A stretch of 64,000 nucleotides of DNA, taken from a virus. The stretch lies in the IMG/VR virus record IMGVR_UViG_3300039308_000034, positions 15,206 through 79,205 of that record; one strand, 5' to 3'. The notes beneath the pieces were generated by a model, which had not been told where the DNA came from, ran no database searches, and worked only from the letters and a program-made list of their open reading frames with translations. Positions 18,956 through 27,546 of this stretch are shown here, one piece after another. Numbering within the stretch: the stretch's first letter is position 1; every line of letters begins with the position of its first letter. The position numbers and the translations under genes are program-made.

Positions 18956-19353
18956 TTTACCGTTTAGTTGTCGCAGCATCGATCGCCTTATTGACCGCTT
19001 GTTCTGGGAATGTTGCCCAATCCCAGGTTCGCTACACGCTACAACCTTTGAGTGAGAATTGTCAGCTTCCATCTCATTTCCAAAATCAAGCCCTTATTGA
19101 TCGAGCTGCAAGTGTTTCCCTGGGGAGTACTGTAGATACAGCAATCCAGCAAATGGGACAACCGACTCAACCAATCAGTCATTACCGCAACATTCAGGCG
19201 GTTTCAGCAACCTGGCAAGCTCAAGAAAGTGGAACTCAGTTTGAGGTTGGATTTGATTTTATGGATGGTAAAACACTGTCCGATCGAACTGTTACGCTGG
19301 CTTACAATCTAGGAACCCCCTCAGAAAAGCTTTGTACCTGGAAGATTCAGTAA
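18952..19353 (+). CDS. Predicted lipoprotein
   Basis: Signal peptide ending in lipobox LLTAC; small beta domain. Confidence 0.7.
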   Translation: MIYRLVVAASIALLTACSGNVAQSQVRYTLQPLSENCQLPSHFQNQALIDRAASVSLGSTVDTAIQQMGQPTQPISHYRNIQAVSATWQAQESGTQFEVGFDFMDGKTLSDRTVTLAYNLGTPSEKLCTWKIQ

Positions 19354-19398
19354 CCATCTAGCCGAGCCCACACTCAACAGCGCGATCGGCTTTTCACA

Positions 19399-21027
19399 GT
19401 GATAACCAATCTCAATCAAAATCAACCACTTGCCCCAGTATCTCAACCCCAATCAAGCAGTCCACAGAACCAGAGTTTACAAGGGGGAACCAATTCAGCG
19501 TCAACTAAACCGCAATCGGAAACTGGAAAAGGGCGCACGAAGGCTTATTTGCGGATCAAACTTGGGCAACTAGAATTCAGCAGTCTCAATGGCGATATCT
19601 TAGGAAACCCTTGTATTCGCCTTAGCAGCTATCAATTCAGCTCTGCCAAAATTATTCTGAATGATCCAGACGACAAGATTCGACCAACCTTGGAAAAGCA
19701 ACAAGATGTTGAGATTGAGATTGGGTTCGCTGACGCCGAAAAGCAAAATGTTTTAGTCGGCAAACTCTTTGCGATCGGACGCATTCCCCCAGACGGAACT
19801 GAGATCGAGATTATTGATCCATCAGCAGCCATGCAAAACACAGGGTCTTCTGTGCAGTTTGCCAACGAAAAGCCTGTTGCCGTTGCTACCACAACCGCTC
19901 AAGATATCCTAACCGCCGATACTGCAATTCAGCAGGCACTCATTAACGCCGGACAGACCGCTGAGTCTGAGCAGGTTAATGATCTCGATCGCCTTACCCA
20001 TCAAGTTCCTGAACAGGAGCAAAACAATCCGTTTCTCTCTGCCGACGCTGCTTCTTTTACTTTTGGAGCAGGTGAATTCAACGCGATCGAGGCTACAGCC
20101 AACCCTCAATCAACTGTTGACACAGTTGACACGCAGACTAGCCAGCAGCAACAAACTCAAACTGACTTAGCTCAATCTGCCACTCAGTCTGCCACTCAAA
20201 ATCAATCAACCAATTCACCAACAGCCCAATTCGTTGCTGGACATCCAGGCTTGCAATATGCCAATAGCAGCACCAGTGGCACAGGTAACGCAGGTTCAGT
20301 TCGAGTTTCTCAGAGCGAAATGCGATCGGCACAGAACCAAGCAACCCTGACCGGAGATGTGGTGGTAACCCGCGGGAATACAGTACGTCAGGTTAGTCCG
20401 GGACAAGCTGACAAAACTGGGGTAGTGCTGGACTATAAAGGCAATCCTTCTGCCTTTATCGGTCGTCCAATCATCACGAAAAAAACAGGACTTCAGCTTC
20501 AGTCTGGATACGGCGCATTAACCGTAACTGGCTGGAGCCCCAATGATAAGCGCACTGTTGGCGCAACCGTCGTGACACCTGGTGGTGCGAGAGCTTATAG
20601 CCCAGATGAAACAATCAATGCACCCGAGTGGGGTCAGGTGAAGCTGGGTGATCCAGTCGTGGCAGGCAATATGTTTACTTGGGCAGACGTAACCCGCAAT
20701 GGCGAACGCATTCCAGAGACGAAGAGTGTAATGGAGGCGGCAATTCGCATCGCCAAAATCCTCGACCAAGTTATGCGGGACATGAACGGTGGCAAGAAGC
20801 CAGAGATTACCAGCTGGTATCGTCCGCTTTGGTACAACCGTCAGATTGGTAGTTCTGACAATTCACGGCACGTTCATGGTGATGCAATTGACTGGTTTCT
20901 ACCGAATATGATGAGTATTCACGATGCGATCGAGCCAAGCTATTCAGGCGGACTCGCCATCAAGAGCGGAGCATTTATCCACATTGATGCCTGTACAGAT
21001 CCAGCTAAACGGCGCTGGACTTATTAA
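19399..21027 (+). CDS. Baseplate hub-like protein with C-terminal peptidase M15A domain
   Basis: C-terminal ITSWYRP..YN..IGSSDNSRHVHGDAID...FIHID is the M15 Zn-peptidase pattern; N-terminus resembles gpD-like hub proteins. Confidence 0.7.
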   Translation: MITNLNQNQPLAPVSQPQSSSPQNQSLQGGTNSASTKPQSETGKGRTKAYLRIKLGQLEFSSLNGDILGNPCIRLSSYQFSSAKIILNDPDDKIRPTLEKQQDVEIEIGFADAEKQNVLVGKLFAIGRIPPDGTEIEIIDPSAAMQNTGSSVQFANEKPVAVATTTAQDILTADTAIQQALINAGQTAESEQVNDLDRLTHQVPEQEQNNPFLSADAASFTFGAGEFNAIEATANPQSTVDTVDTQTSQQQQTQTDLAQSATQSATQNQSTNSPTAQFVAGHPGLQYANSSTSGTGNAGSVRVSQSEMRSAQNQATLTGDVVVTRGNTVRQVSPGQADKTGVVLDYKGNPSAFIGRPIITKKTGLQLQSGYGALTVTGWSPNDKRTVGATVVTPGGARAYSPDETINAPEWGQVKLGDPVVAGNMFTWADVTRNGERIPETKSVMEAAIRIAKILDQVMRDMNGGKKPEITSWYRPLWYNRQIGSSDNSRHVHGDAIDWFLPNMMSIHDAIEPSYSGGLAIKSGAFIHIDACTDPAKRRWTY

Positions 21028-21029
21028 CA

Positions 21030-22625
21030 ATGGCTGACACTCAATCACTTACCCCAATTCAACCGATCAACCAACCAGGAACCGCAGATCCGGCTTCAGC
21101 GGTTTCTGTTGCGGCTACACCTGCTCAGCCCAAAGTAGATCCCTATCCGACTGCGAGCGAGATTATGCAGGTCTGTGTGGACAGCAACTCGTCAAACGTT
21201 AAAAAGTATGCGCCTTTTGTTTTGAAGGCAATGTGTAGTGCGGGCTTAACTAGCCGCAATCAGTTAATTGCGATCATCTGCACGATTTACACCGAAACGA
21301 CCCCCTTTGCTCCGATCCCAGAAGATGGGCGGGGTGCAGGCAGCGACTACGGAACCACCTATTACGGACGTGGATTTATTCAACTGACCTGGGAGGACAA
21401 CTACATTGCTGCCGAAAAGGAGCTTGGTTTAACCGGGCTTCACGCTAACCCAGATCTGGCACTAGAGCCGGAAAATGCGGCAAAGATATTAACCTGGTTT
21501 TGGAAGCGGAATGGAGTTGCTGCTTATGCTGAGAAAGGCGATTGGCAGAACGTTCGCTCAATGGTCAATGCCGGACACGCAGGCTCTTACAGCTATTGTT
21601 GGGGACGGGAAACTTATGAGCCTGCATTGGAACGTGCTCAAAAAGTTTTCACAAAGGATCTAAACCCTGCTGAAATTGGCGCGATGCCTGTAGACGGCAG
21701 TTACGGACTCGGCTGCATCGATCCTGGTTCAGGTTTAACCCGGACGATCGCCGGAGTGCAAAACCCAACGACTCAGGAGGATGCGCTTAGCTATGCCCTG
21801 GGGCTACACTTCCTCGATCGCCAGAAATCCCATGAATGTGTGCTCAACACCAACGTCTCCAGTGAGCCAGAGATTCTGAAGTTAGATGCTCAAAAGACTT
21901 TTGAACTCAAAGGAATTAGCACTGATTTAGACGGCGAGTACACAATTGATGAGATCTTCTTCTACCCGTTAGCGCCTGGCGGAATCCAGGCAAAGATCTA
22001 TGGCTATAAGCCAGACCCTAACGCACCTGCTCCACAGGTTTTCCTGCACGACACCACTCAGGCTAATGCACCTGCCACAGCAGCCACACCGCAATCTTCA
22101 CCGAGTGGTAGTACAGTTTTGCCAGTCCCCTGTTGGTTGCAGACCGACAATGCTGTGCAGCCCGACCGAACTTGTAACACCAGCTCAAATGCAATGGCAG
22201 CTAAGTTCTTGGGCGCTACCATCCAGAGTGATGACCAGTACTTCCAAATCGTGAGCAAGTACGGTGACAGTACCAGCATGGAGGCACAGACTGCCGCTCT
22301 TTCAGAGATTGGCATCAAGTCTCAGCAAAAAACAAACCTTGATTTCGCCGATCTCGATCGGCAGCTTGCCAATGGGAAACCCATCACCATCTCGATCGCC
22401 CATCGTGGTTCAGAGAGCAGCCCTAACTTAAACAAGTGGCATGTCATCTGCGTCATTGGCAAAACGCCGAATGGGGACTATATCGTTAATGATCCCTATG
22501 GCAGTGTCAACGATGCCTATACAAGTGACCCACACAACGGATGTGGTGCAATCTATACTCGACAAACCTTGACCCGCCGTTGGCTCGCAAGCGGTTCTGG
22601 AACTGGATGGGGGAGGCTCTTCTAA
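21030..22625 (+). CDS. GH19-like lysozyme + hub-like middle + C39-like peptidase
   Basis: YYGRGFIQLTWEDNY...HANPDLALEPENAA (GH19); RTCNTSSNAM...HVICVIG...YIVNDPYG (C39-like Cys-His). Confidence 0.85.
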   Translation: MADTQSLTPIQPINQPGTADPASAVSVAATPAQPKVDPYPTASEIMQVCVDSNSSNVKKYAPFVLKAMCSAGLTSRNQLIAIICTIYTETTPFAPIPEDGRGAGSDYGTTYYGRGFIQLTWEDNYIAAEKELGLTGLHANPDLALEPENAAKILTWFWKRNGVAAYAEKGDWQNVRSMVNAGHAGSYSYCWGRETYEPALERAQKVFTKDLNPAEIGAMPVDGSYGLGCIDPGSGLTRTIAGVQNPTTQEDALSYALGLHFLDRQKSHECVLNTNVSSEPEILKLDAQKTFELKGISTDLDGEYTIDEIFFYPLAPGGIQAKIYGYKPDPNAPAPQVFLHDTTQANAPATAATPQSSPSGSTVLPVPCWLQTDNAVQPDRTCNTSSNAMAAKFLGATIQSDDQYFQIVSKYGDSTSMEAQTAALSEIGIKSQQKTNLDFADLDRQLANGKPITISIAHRGSESSPNLNKWHVICVIGKTPNGDYIVNDPYGSVNDAYTSDPHNGCGAIYTRQTLTRRWLASGSGTGWGRLF

Positions 22626-22994
22626 ATGCTCAATCCTCGCTTTTTCGCCATCCCTTCTGATATCAAGCTTGAGCCATGGCAGAAGTTTCGTGTCATGGGA
22701 TATGCTCAGACTGGAGATTGGGTATTGGTCAAGTGGCAGATTACGATCGGCAGCAGAGAAGCCTACCGTTGGCAGAGTGGCGAAACCCTGTACCACGGTG
22801 AAACCGCAATCGAGGGGGGGAGGTTGGAGGGCAGCTTTAACCTTTACCAGACACCTGCTATTGAGCAAACCGGCACCCCACTCAACCAATCTGTTTGGGA
22901 TCGGATCGATCGGCGCATTGGGCAGCACGGCATTCCCCCAGCGATCGCGGCTGGCTTGAGAAATCCCAGAAATTATCGCTGTTTTCAGGTTTAA
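22626..22994 (+). CDS. Hypothetical protein
   Basis: 122-aa ORF, TAAATG-coupled to the lysin gene. Confidence 0.6.
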   Translation: MLNPRFFAIPSDIKLEPWQKFRVMGYAQTGDWVLVKWQITIGSREAYRWQSGETLYHGETAIEGGRLEGSFNLYQTPAIEQTGTPLNQSVWDRIDRRIGQHGIPPAIAAGLRNPRNYRCFQV

Positions 22995-24025
22995 TCTTTC
23001 TCTATTTTCTCAATTTCCTTTCGCTTCTGACGCAGCAGCTTCTCTAAGCTATCGATCTCCTGCTTCAACTGTCCCCTTTCCTCGTCAGATAGTTTTCGTA
23101 CTGACTTCTCGCTAATCCCCTCAATTTGGGAGCGAACCTTACCAATTCGACCTAGTACCGATCGAGGTACAGTGCTGCCAGCGGGTTTAATCAGAGACTT
23201 AATTTCAGAAACCGTTAATTCCTCCTCAATTGCTTTTTGGAGAATGGATTGCCTCAGCTCTAGATCGGCAATTCTCGATAGTTCGATCGCCTTTGTATAG
23301 GTCAAGCTGCCAGCGTTATAGGCTGCCAGGATCTCTTCTGGCAGGTTGAGGAGCCGGAGACGAGTCGTCACAAAGGAGAGAACAGTTAGCTCTGGGGCAG
23401 CTTCCTGGAAAAGTGCCTCAATTCGATCTCGCAGTGTTGGATCAATCGATGCTTTCTTCTCTGCTGCATTTTTCAGCTGATACAAAATTGAAATTGTCTC
23501 CTCTCGCGTCTTCTCCAAAGCCAGGGAGAGGAGATACAAGATCTCTTCTGTATCGTCTAATTCGTTTAAATCCTGACGACGCTTATTTTCAATCCGAGAC
23601 AGTTTTACAGCTGTCAGATCATCAACCTCAATAATATCTACAGGAATCTCCGTCAGGTTTGCCACGATCGCCGCATCCAGTCGAGTTTCTCCTGCAATTA
23701 AGCGTAGCCTACCATCAGATAGGCGTTGAACCCAGATAGAGCCGCGAAACCCGTAGGTTTGAATGCTCTCTACTAATAGCTGAAACTTTTCTGAGTCACG
23801 TTCTCGCCGCGAGCGATAAGGACGACGCTCAATTTGGGAAATCGGCACAACGGCTTGAGCGATGCGATCGGATGGTACTTCTGACAACAGGTTTTGCCGC
23901 CTTGAGGCTAACTCCTGCTCTAATTCAACAATCCGGGCTTGAGCTGCATCGAGTTCCTCTTTTGCTTGAACCGATTTCGTATGGTTGGAGAAGAAGGAAG
24001 CGGGGTTCGGACGGGTCTTAGGCAT
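22991..24025 (-). CDS. parB: ParB partition protein
   Basis: LVESIQTYG...RLIAGETRLDAA, ENKRRQDLN..D, central HTH; overlaps the parA stop. Confidence 0.92.
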   Translation of the reverse strand: MPKTRPNPASFFSNHTKSVQAKEELDAAQARIVELEQELASRRQNLLSEVPSDRIAQAVVPISQIERRPYRSRRERDSEKFQLLVESIQTYGFRGSIWVQRLSDGRLRLIAGETRLDAAIVANLTEIPVDIIEVDDLTAVKLSRIENKRRQDLNELDDTEEILYLLSLALEKTREETISILYQLKNAAEKKASIDPTLRDRIEALFQEAAPELTVLSFVTTRLRLLNLPEEILAAYNAGSLTYTKAIELSRIADLELRQSILQKAIEEELTVSEIKSLIKPAGSTVPRSVLGRIGKVRSQIEGISEKSVRKLSDEERGQLKQEIDSLEKLLRQKRKEIEKIEKD

Positions 24026-24848
24026 ACTGAACTTCCTGGGAAATTTCCTGAACTAACAGATCGGCGATCGGCTCAAAATCTTTGCAAGCTTCATGCCCTG
24101 GGCGATAGCAATAAAGCGGAGCCTGTCCTCGATTAGCAGCATTTTCAAACTCAGCGCTGTAACGAACGCCAGGGAAACAAGGAACGCCTTGACTCTCTAG
24201 TACCTCTGCGATTGATGCAGCAAAAGCTTTTTGATCTGCATTACTCGCAATCTTCATTGGCACACAGCCCAAAAGCTTTGGTACTGGCACAAGATTCAGA
24301 TCCTCCTCAACATTTCCAATCCACTGCAAGAGGGAATCAACTCCGGTCATTTTGACGCTCATTGGCAGTGGAATCAGGATATGTGTTGCGGTTGCCAAAG
24401 CCGTACAGCTCAACACATCTAGCGAAGCAGGTGAATCCAGGATGATCAGGTCATATTCTGGTGGATATTTCTTAAATGCCCTTTTCAAAACGGTTTCACG
24501 TCCTGTACGTGTTGGCAAATCCAGTGCGACTGAAACCATTACATCGCCACCTAAGCACACATTAAATTGTCCTTTCGGCGTTCCCCACTCTGGCGTTAAA
24601 GTGGGATACTTCCCATCAAAATCTCGATCGAACAGTGCAGCAGCCGTCTGACTCGGATCAATCTGAGGCTCTAGTCCACAGAACCGAGCTACAGAACCGT
24701 TAGTATCTAAGTCGATAAACAGCACTCTCAACCCTAGCTGAGCGATGCGATAACCTAGATGCACTCCCAATGTTGTTTTTCCAACGCCGCCAGCATTGGC
24801 AGTAATCCACAGAACTATCTGTTGTCGTGGCGTAATCAGCTTCTTCAT
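24018..24848 (-). CDS. parA: ParA partition ATPase
   Basis: NAGGVGKTT, VLFIDLDTNGS, YDLIILDSPASL motifs. Confidence 0.93.
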   Translation of the reverse strand: MKKLITPRQQIVLWITANAGGVGKTTLGVHLGYRIAQLGLRVLFIDLDTNGSVARFCGLEPQIDPSQTAAALFDRDFDGKYPTLTPEWGTPKGQFNVCLGGDVMVSVALDLPTRTGRETVLKRAFKKYPPEYDLIILDSPASLDVLSCTALATATHILIPLPMSVKMTGVDSLLQWIGNVEEDLNLVPVPKLLGCVPMKIASNADQKAFAASIAEVLESQGVPCFPGVRYSAEFENAANRGQAPLYCYRPGHEACKDFEPIADLLVQEISQEVQYA

Positions 24849-24860
24849 AACCCCTCCTAG

Positions 24861-24920
24861 TTTAGGAAAGTCGTTTTTCCTAAAATTCTATAAAATTAGG
24901 AAAAACGATTTTCCTAAATG
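24861..24920. promoter_or_regulatory. Two TTAGGAAA-N6-TTTCCTAA palindromes upstream of parA (candidate parS/operator)
   Basis: 24863-24884 TTAGGAAAGTCGTTTTTCCTAA and 24897-24918 TTAGGAAAAACGATTTTCCTAA, mutually inverted with one mismatch. Confidence 0.7.
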
Positions 24921-24954
24921 AGATATCGCTTAGAATAACGGCAAGATCGATCGC

Positions 24955-25971
24955 TTGCAACATTTTCTTCAAACTGAGATGCTTCCAAGTTTTCAATCCC
25001 ATGTCGTTAGCAAAACAGAGGATTGCTTCAAATGCTCTGTCTGTAGTCGGTCGTGGAAAAGTCGCCCCAGAACTGCCAATTGTCCAGGAGTTACAGCTTA
25101 TGACTGGATACCCAGGCACCTCAAGACGATCGATTGGTTTAAGTCTCAAAATTTGAAGCCTGCAACAGCCCCAGCTGGGTACTGGAACAAGCAATATTTG
25201 TATGAGATGGACAAGGTTGAAGTTGACGACCCTAACCTGCCACCGATCTACAAAGGCTACGATTTTGTTCGTGTAAAAGAAGGCTTAAAGACCGCAGGCG
25301 AATGGAAGAAAGATGATCGCTGTCCTCGGTCTGATGCGTCACCCAGGGCTGTTATATGGTGGTGCAATCGGTGGGAACCGTTATTCAAACAGGAAGACTG
25401 CGAATGGCATCCCCGCGATCGATTTATTTGCAGATCGACGTTGAAACGGAAACAGGGAGGTTTTTCACTGTCGAATGGATGGATCAGGCGACTCGAAGCC
25501 TGGATGAAGGAGCGAGGACATCATGTTTTGGAGGTAGAAAATCCTTACTCAAAACATGCACCAGATATGAAGCTATACAAGTCGTCTTGGGTGAAAATGT
25601 TCCTTGCGGAAAACGCTGAAGACTACTGCAAGTGGCTCGATCGCCAACAAACTTATATCGAACTGTTTGAGCGTAACCGGGAAGCGATCGCACAAGGGCG
25701 TATCCGGGCACGCCAACAGCAGCAGCAAAGACGCCAAGAGGCTGTACTTCAATTTGAGCAAGAAGCCAGAGAAAGAGAAAAAGCAGCTCAACAGCAAACC
25801 GTAGCGCAAAGCTTCTCACTTGACCTTTTACAAGACCAGATTCGAGAGCAAACGCTCCGATGTCTTCAGTGCGCGTCCAGCATCATGACTGAACAGGGGT
25901 TTCTTTGCGTGATTCACCAGTATGAGTTGCCCAGTATTCCCTGCCCTGATTGGAGCAGCCCAACCCCATAA
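24955..25971 (+). CDS. Hypothetical protein with N- and C-terminal CxxC motifs
   Basis: 338-aa ORF with CSVC and CLQC...C..H motifs; divergent from parA. Confidence 0.7.
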   Translation: MQHFLQTEMLPSFQSHVVSKTEDCFKCSVCSRSWKSRPRTANCPGVTAYDWIPRHLKTIDWFKSQNLKPATAPAGYWNKQYLYEMDKVEVDDPNLPPIYKGYDFVRVKEGLKTAGEWKKDDRCPRSDASPRAVIWWCNRWEPLFKQEDCEWHPRDRFICRSTLKRKQGGFSLSNGWIRRLEAWMKERGHHVLEVENPYSKHAPDMKLYKSSWVKMFLAENAEDYCKWLDRQQTYIELFERNREAIAQGRIRARQQQQQRRQEAVLQFEQEAREREKAAQQQTVAQSFSLDLLQDQIREQTLRCLQCASSIMTEQGFLCVIHQYELPSIPCPDWSSPTP

Positions 25972-25990
25972 GAGAAATCATCGGAAAATC

Positions 25991-27415
25991 ATGACAGCTA
26001 TTTCCAAGCTTCGCTTCTGGCAGGAACAAGCACTCAACCACTATCTCAGCCTCAATCCCAAAACCTATTTGGCTGAGGTTACCCCTGCAGGTGGGAAAAC
26101 CCGCTTTGCGCTGGCGCTGGGGAAAACCCTACTCGATCGCCGCGAGATTCGTCAGATTGTGATTGTCGTCCATACTGATCATCTGCGGTATCAATGGATT
26201 CAGGAATCCAGGAAACTGGGATGGAATCTTACAACTTATAGTGAGTATCTGAAGAAGGTTGAACATCGTCGCAGTAGTTTTACACTGCCTATTGGAGAAC
26301 TGACCGGGTTCGTACTCACTTACCAGCAACTAGAATCTCTAGCGGGATCTCACCAATTCCAGGCAATCGTTGGAGGGAAAAACTGGTGGATGTGTATCTT
26401 GGATGAAATTCACCACGCCAGCGAACATAAATCCTGGGGGACCTCCTTGCGATCGGCATTTTTGAATGTGCATCGGCGACTCTTGCTATCTGGCACACCG
26501 TTCCGGCATGACGATGGCAAGATTCCATTCGTCAAATACAAACATAAGGTTGGGCAACCCGATTTTTATTATGGTTATGACGAAGCCTTAAAAGACGGTA
26601 TCGTTGCACCCATCTTCTTCCCAACCTTTGGCGGCTCAGCGCATTGGAAGTTTGGGGATAATGAATTTAAAACTGATTTTGGCAGTCAGTTGAGCCAGAT
26701 CAACGCAGCTCGCCAACTGAATACAGCACTCAACAGTCGCGATTGGGTTAAATCAATTCTCGCGGCTGCTCACGATCGCCTCAGTGAGATTCGCCAATAC
26801 CAGCCGAATGCAGGGGGTCTGATCGTCACCCGTGATCAAGCTCACGCTCGATTTGTCGCCCGGATTTTGAGTCAGATTACTGGGGAAAAGCCAATTACTG
26901 TCATGTCTGACATTGACGAATCGCAGGAGCTAATCAGTCAGTTCCAATCGAGCAATGCTCCTTGGCTGGTGTCGGTCAAGATGGTTAGCGAAGGAGTTGA
27001 TATTCCCCGGCTACGGGTCGGCGTTTATGCCACCAATACACGAACTGAGTTATTTTTTCGTCAGGTTGTCGGCCGCTTGATTCGCTTGGCTGCGAATGTT
27101 GAGGACCAGAGTGTTTATCTCTATCTGCCACGACATCCACAACTGGTGAAATACGCTCAAGAAATTGCAGAACAGCGACAACACACTCTACGAGTTGTTG
27201 AACAGCGCAAGCCTGTGCAAAGTGCAGACGATCACCAATTTCTTCTTCCTGTTTCAGCTTTAGCTGCGATCGAGTCTACTTTGATGCCGGGAGGAGAATT
27301 CACTTCAGAAGAGCTGGCAAATGCTCAACGAGTCAGAGAAGCATCTGGAATGTGGGGAATTGCAATCGAAGCCGTTGCCAAAATTCTGAGAGCACAAGCC
27401 TCACTTGTGGTTTAA
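25991..27415 (+). CDS. Superfamily 2 DEAD/DEAH-box (ResIII-like) helicase
   Basis: TPAGGKT, DEIHH, LLSGTPFR, MVSEGVDIP, QVVGRLIR motifs; start placed at ATG 25991. Confidence 0.9.
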   Translation: MTAISKLRFWQEQALNHYLSLNPKTYLAEVTPAGGKTRFALALGKTLLDRREIRQIVIVVHTDHLRYQWIQESRKLGWNLTTYSEYLKKVEHRRSSFTLPIGELTGFVLTYQQLESLAGSHQFQAIVGGKNWWMCILDEIHHASEHKSWGTSLRSAFLNVHRRLLLSGTPFRHDDGKIPFVKYKHKVGQPDFYYGYDEALKDGIVAPIFFPTFGGSAHWKFGDNEFKTDFGSQLSQINAARQLNTALNSRDWVKSILAAAHDRLSEIRQYQPNAGGLIVTRDQAHARFVARILSQITGEKPITVMSDIDESQELISQFQSSNAPWLVSVKMVSEGVDIPRLRVGVYATNTRTELFFRQVVGRLIRLAANVEDQSVYLYLPRHPQLVKYAQEIAEQRQHTLRVVEQRKPVQSADDHQFLLPVSALAAIESTLMPGGEFTSEELANAQRVREASGMWGIAIEAVAKILRAQASLVV

Positions 27416-27502
27416 GAGTAAATTACTCAAAATCCCTCTTTCCCAGCCTTTCAGCCGATCGCCGCCGACAATAGAGAAAGCTGAAAATAACCTGGATACC
27501 GC

Positions 27503-27541
27503 CAACGCACCTCTCGAACTTCGGGGGGTGCGTTGCTTTTT
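27503..27541 (+). terminator. Terminator-like hairpin 5 nt before the tape measure ATG
   Basis: CAACGCACC/GGTGCGTTG stem extended by G-U pairs, then CTTTTT. Confidence 0.65.
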
Positions 27542-27546
27542 GAGCC

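Noticed and set aside
24004-24014. Perfect left arm GGTTCGGACGG near the parB start
   Set aside because: No right arm follows and it lies in coding sequence; a chance match cannot be excluded, so it was not counted as a site.
24810-24848. ParA Walker A lacks the signature Lys (NAGGVGKTT)
   Set aside because: Such variants are common in cyanobacterial plasmid ParA proteins.
27518-27531. ACTTCGGGGGGTGC as partner of site #3 for inverting the tape measure gene
   Set aside because: 11/14 match but no right arm, and the sequence is explained as part of the terminator stem.
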